DNA from: Octopus bimaculoides
Taxonomy: Eukaryota
Assembly: GCF_001194135.2 (NCBI RefSeq)
Contig: NC_068981.1
Coordinates: 15,859,250 to 15,902,495, forward strand
Direction: 5' to 3'
Length of the DNA: 43,246 bases
Below the pieces are notes generated by a model. The model searched no databases and had not been told where the DNA came from. It was given only the letters and a program-made list of their open reading frames with translations. Shown piece by piece: positions 39,851 through 43,246 of this stretch (positions within the stretch are counted from its first letter, which is position 1; every line of letters begins with the position of its first letter). A program made the translations under genes and the position numbers.

Positions 39851-41300
39851 TTTATAGTTCCTCGCAAATCTCCCATTCCCTCGAGATATTTTGTCGTCTG
39901 TATGTTGTAGGTTGTCGTCTGTATGTTGTAGTTTTCTTGATTTGTTTTACAATTTGAATATCAGCAGACGTTATGTAGTGGTGTCATAATGATGTAGTGC
40001 ATAATGTTTTAATGCTAATGAATATATTCTATTAACTCTTTATTGTATGTGTTTACGGCCTTGTAGATGATACATTTTATTTGTTCGGTTTTTGGGTGCT
40101 GGTTTGTCTGTTGGTGTAATTGCAAATTGGATTGCGATTGTGTACGTTGTGGTATTTGTACTAAACTTGGTGTCTCTGTTGATGGTAGCGATATTTGTAA
40201 TACATATAGAGTTGGGATTGATGTAGGACTTGTTACATTTAGTTCTCTCCAGGCAGCATTGTGTGTCGATTAGTTTACTTCTTATATTCTTTCCCTTTCC
40301 CTTTCCCTCTTTACGGGAAATGCTTTCCATTCTTCCTTCTAGTCACTTTCACCTCAAGACATATTTATGAGATCCAAAAAGGGCAGAGCGATGTGTGATA
40401 TGATATTACTATTGGGGATGTTCTTATGTTGATATTGTTCCCCATAGGTTTGGTGTTCTAGTGCCACTGATGGTCTCACCACTGATGTTGCAACTATTGT
40501 TGCATTTGTGTTAGGAACCTCTGCTGCTGTTATTGTTTCGGTCTCAAGGCCTGTTAATGAGTTTGTCCGCTGTTTGGGCTGAATTTGTGACGTTGATAAA
40601 AGGGGTCTTATTTCTTCCGCGTCTCGATGTTGTAAGACTCGGTTACAATTCTACATATGTAATATCTTGACTTTCTCCCCTCCGCTATCACTCACAGTTG
40701 GGTGCCATCGTGGTTGTCCATCAGGTTAAATTCGTCTTCGATTTCTTGTTTTGTATGTGTTGTTATTCCCATTCCTATCACTAATGGTTATTTTCTTCAT
40801 CTCCCGGATTGTCGCATCGACCTTTTTATAAACCAGAGGGCTTATACGTATGATGGTCATTTCTGTTGTCACGGTTACGTTTGTGGATTGGATGCTTCCA
40901 TCTGCTTTTGTTTCTAATCTCACTTCGACTATGCAGCAGTTTTCATTCGACTGACGTGGGTCTTGTGTTCCCATACGCGACCAAAGCTCTTTTGCATTTG
41001 CTCATCACTTGTATTTTCCACTCGACGCGATTTAGCTCCGATGCACTAGTATACAACTGTGTATTTTTCTGTAGTTTCTGTTACGTAGAGGTGGTGGATT
41101 TAGGGTTACCCGTAGTCCTTTGTCTTACACTCTGTCTGATCAGTTGCAAATCTTCATGGTTTAGATGATATTTTTTGAGATTTCTTACAGCACTTTCAAA
41201 GGAAATTCCTTTTGTAGCTGTTTGGCTGTATTTCATGTTGCTAGTGCCCTTCCATCTCTGTTTGTCTTTGTGTTGGGCTTGGTAACGTAGCCATAACACT
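39851..41300 (-). mobile_element. Degraded LINE-like sequence, possibly an R4-like N-terminus and linker plus a small C-terminal piece
   Basis: The minus strand is A-rich and coding-like: ESAVRNLKKYHLNHEDLQLIRQSV, a T/S-rich linker and SRKEGKGKGKNI. 39851-39960 matches 35303-35390. Confidence 0.4.
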
Positions 41301-41822
41301 AATCATGTATTATAACAAAGAGAAGAGACATTAGATATGCATACCTGTATCTGTTACATGTTATTAATTGATTTTATGCCAATGAGTCAAATGACCTTCC
41401 ATCTGATGCTTTCTAAAATGTGTGTCACCCCATGACATGCAAAAATTGTACTGTATTCAATATGCATTTCCCGTAAGTTTTGACATTTTAGTTACCCAAA
41501 TATCTACATGTCTCAAAGAGTTTAAAACCATGTATAATTTCTTACTAACAAAATATTAAATGCAGCCTTTAATGCGTATCAGCAAGAATGTCTAAGGCAA
41601 AAGTGAATGTTGGTGGTACAATATGTCAGGTTAGTCGCAGTGACGCTCATCAGCATACACTGTGTGATGTGTTAGGAATCTTTCAACGAAAATGCTGAGA
41701 AACAGAAGCTCATTAGCTGGTAGCTCAGATTTAACATTTGCTCAGGAAAAACTGCTTCGTCGCAGTATATAGTAATATTTTTTATTCAACGTGGTAGAAT
41801 TGAACAAATGTATGTAATGTGT

Positions 41823-41823
41823 G

Positions 41824-41897
<74 letters not shown>

Positions 41898-41900
41898 CAC
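41823..41900. repeat. (TATC)n-(TA)n microsatellite
   Basis: Seen directly. Confidence 0.95.
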
Positions 41901-42644
41901 ATGCATTCGCGTATTAAATTATTATTCCATGTATAGAAATTTAAGTGTTCACTTATTTGAAGAAATAAGCTTTAGATTCCAATAAATTTACTTGCAACGG
42001 TCCAGTGCACATAATATCATGTTCATTATAATTGTGTATTCTATAATACTTTCCGCTCTATCAAATCAAATATCTGCTTATTATATATATATTGAATCAA
42101 AGCTTATCTTAGTATTGTTACTGCACATATTTGCATTTCAATAAAATACATATGAAATATATCTAAATAGTTTCAGTTTAACTATAAATATTCTTGCTAA
42201 AAGGGCTGCTTTAACATACACAATTTCCCAAATATTAAAATCCTAATACCTTTTCATACTACTCATGTAACTTCCACAATTGAAACGACCAGGTTGGTGT
42301 TAATATCATATACGATGCAACCATGATATCAGTACTTCGTTAAGTGTTTGCATTTGCGCCTATTCCTTCTCATTAATGTTCTGTATAGCTATTGATCATG
42401 ACTTTCGGCATTTACACTGCAAACAACAGCGACAACAACAACGTGCCGTGTTATGCATTGTACATCCGTAAGCTAGCTGTATGAATAATTAACTGCTTCC
42501 TCATTGAGATTTATTCACTGATTTAATGAGACAACAATTCAAGTGCTCTAAGGAGAATGATTTTTTTTCGGAAAGCTATTTAATTAACTTTTTCTACTCT
42601 TTTCTTAAGTAATTATTTTACGCTCTAGAATCAATTGGACGCTT

Positions 42645-43246
42645 AACCATCATCACAGCCATCACCAACGCCATCATCCGCATCCTCATTATGTTTCCTC
42701 TTTCATTCTCATAATATTCATCAGTACCCATCACCACCACCAACACAACCATCCCCACCGTCACCAATACCACCACAAATATCATCAGCACCACAACCGC
42801 CACCACCCCCACTAACACCATCATCATCATCATCATCATCATCGTCATCATCATCAACGTCATCGTCTTCTTCTTCTTCTTCTTCTTCTTCTTCTTCTTC
42901 TTCTTCTTCTTCTTCTTTCACCTTCTCTTTCGCCTTCTTTTTCGTTAACCTCGTCGTCGTCGTCATCGTCATCGTCATTGTCATCGGTTTCGACTCCTTC
43001 ATCACCGTGACCATCATCTTCACTGCCTCCTTCTCTATCACCGTAATTTTACAACCCACCTCTTCCTTTACAATATAGCTTATCATCCTCATCATCATCA
43101 TCATCATCGTCGTCGTCATCATCATCATCATCATCATCGTCGTCATCATCATCATCATCATCATCATCATCGTCGTCGTCGTCATCATCATCATCATCAT
43201 CATCATCATCGTCGTCGTCATTATCATCATCATCATCATCACCATC
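42645..43246. repeat. Compound triplet repeat region (CAC/CAT/CGT/CTT)
   Basis: Seen directly; it runs to the window end. Confidence 0.95.

Noticed and set aside
41641-42475. Further small exon candidates (minus IFVERFLTHHT near 41.67-41.70 kb; plus segment near 42.39-42.47 kb)
   Set aside because: They have only splice-like borders and no protein similarity, which is not supportable in AT-rich DNA.

Overview
This is AT-rich eukaryotic genomic DNA with six N gaps, most of them next to (TA)n runs. The SINE and LINE sequences look like octopus (cephalopod) repeats; that assignment is my inference from remembered family sequences, not a database result. Most computed ORFs are translations of microsatellites or gaps. 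The window holds mainly retroelement remnants. These are three R4/Dong-like RLE LINEs on + (one near full length, 28.0-31.5 kb), further decayed R4-like fragments on -, a Penelope-like RT fragment, an internally deleted Tx1/L1-like LINE, an RTE-like fragment and about 15-20 tRNA-derived CORE-type SINE copies. There is also a 259-bp element with perfect 21-bp terminal inverted repeats. One plausible host coding exon is present: a minus-strand terminal exon at 24539-24610 (YTYTAPNQMITFDGYTDGYQTEI*), followed by a long repeat-poor UTR-like tract. The most striking pattern is a retroelement ecosystem centred on (AAT)n microsatellites. About 12 same-orientation SINE copies of mixed subtypes and ages form a head-to-tail array separated by (AAT)n tracts (14.3-18.9 kb), and Dong-like LINEs sit in (AAT)n tracts in the opposite polarity. 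There are no prokaryotic features, CRISPR arrays, rRNA or bona fide tRNA genes.
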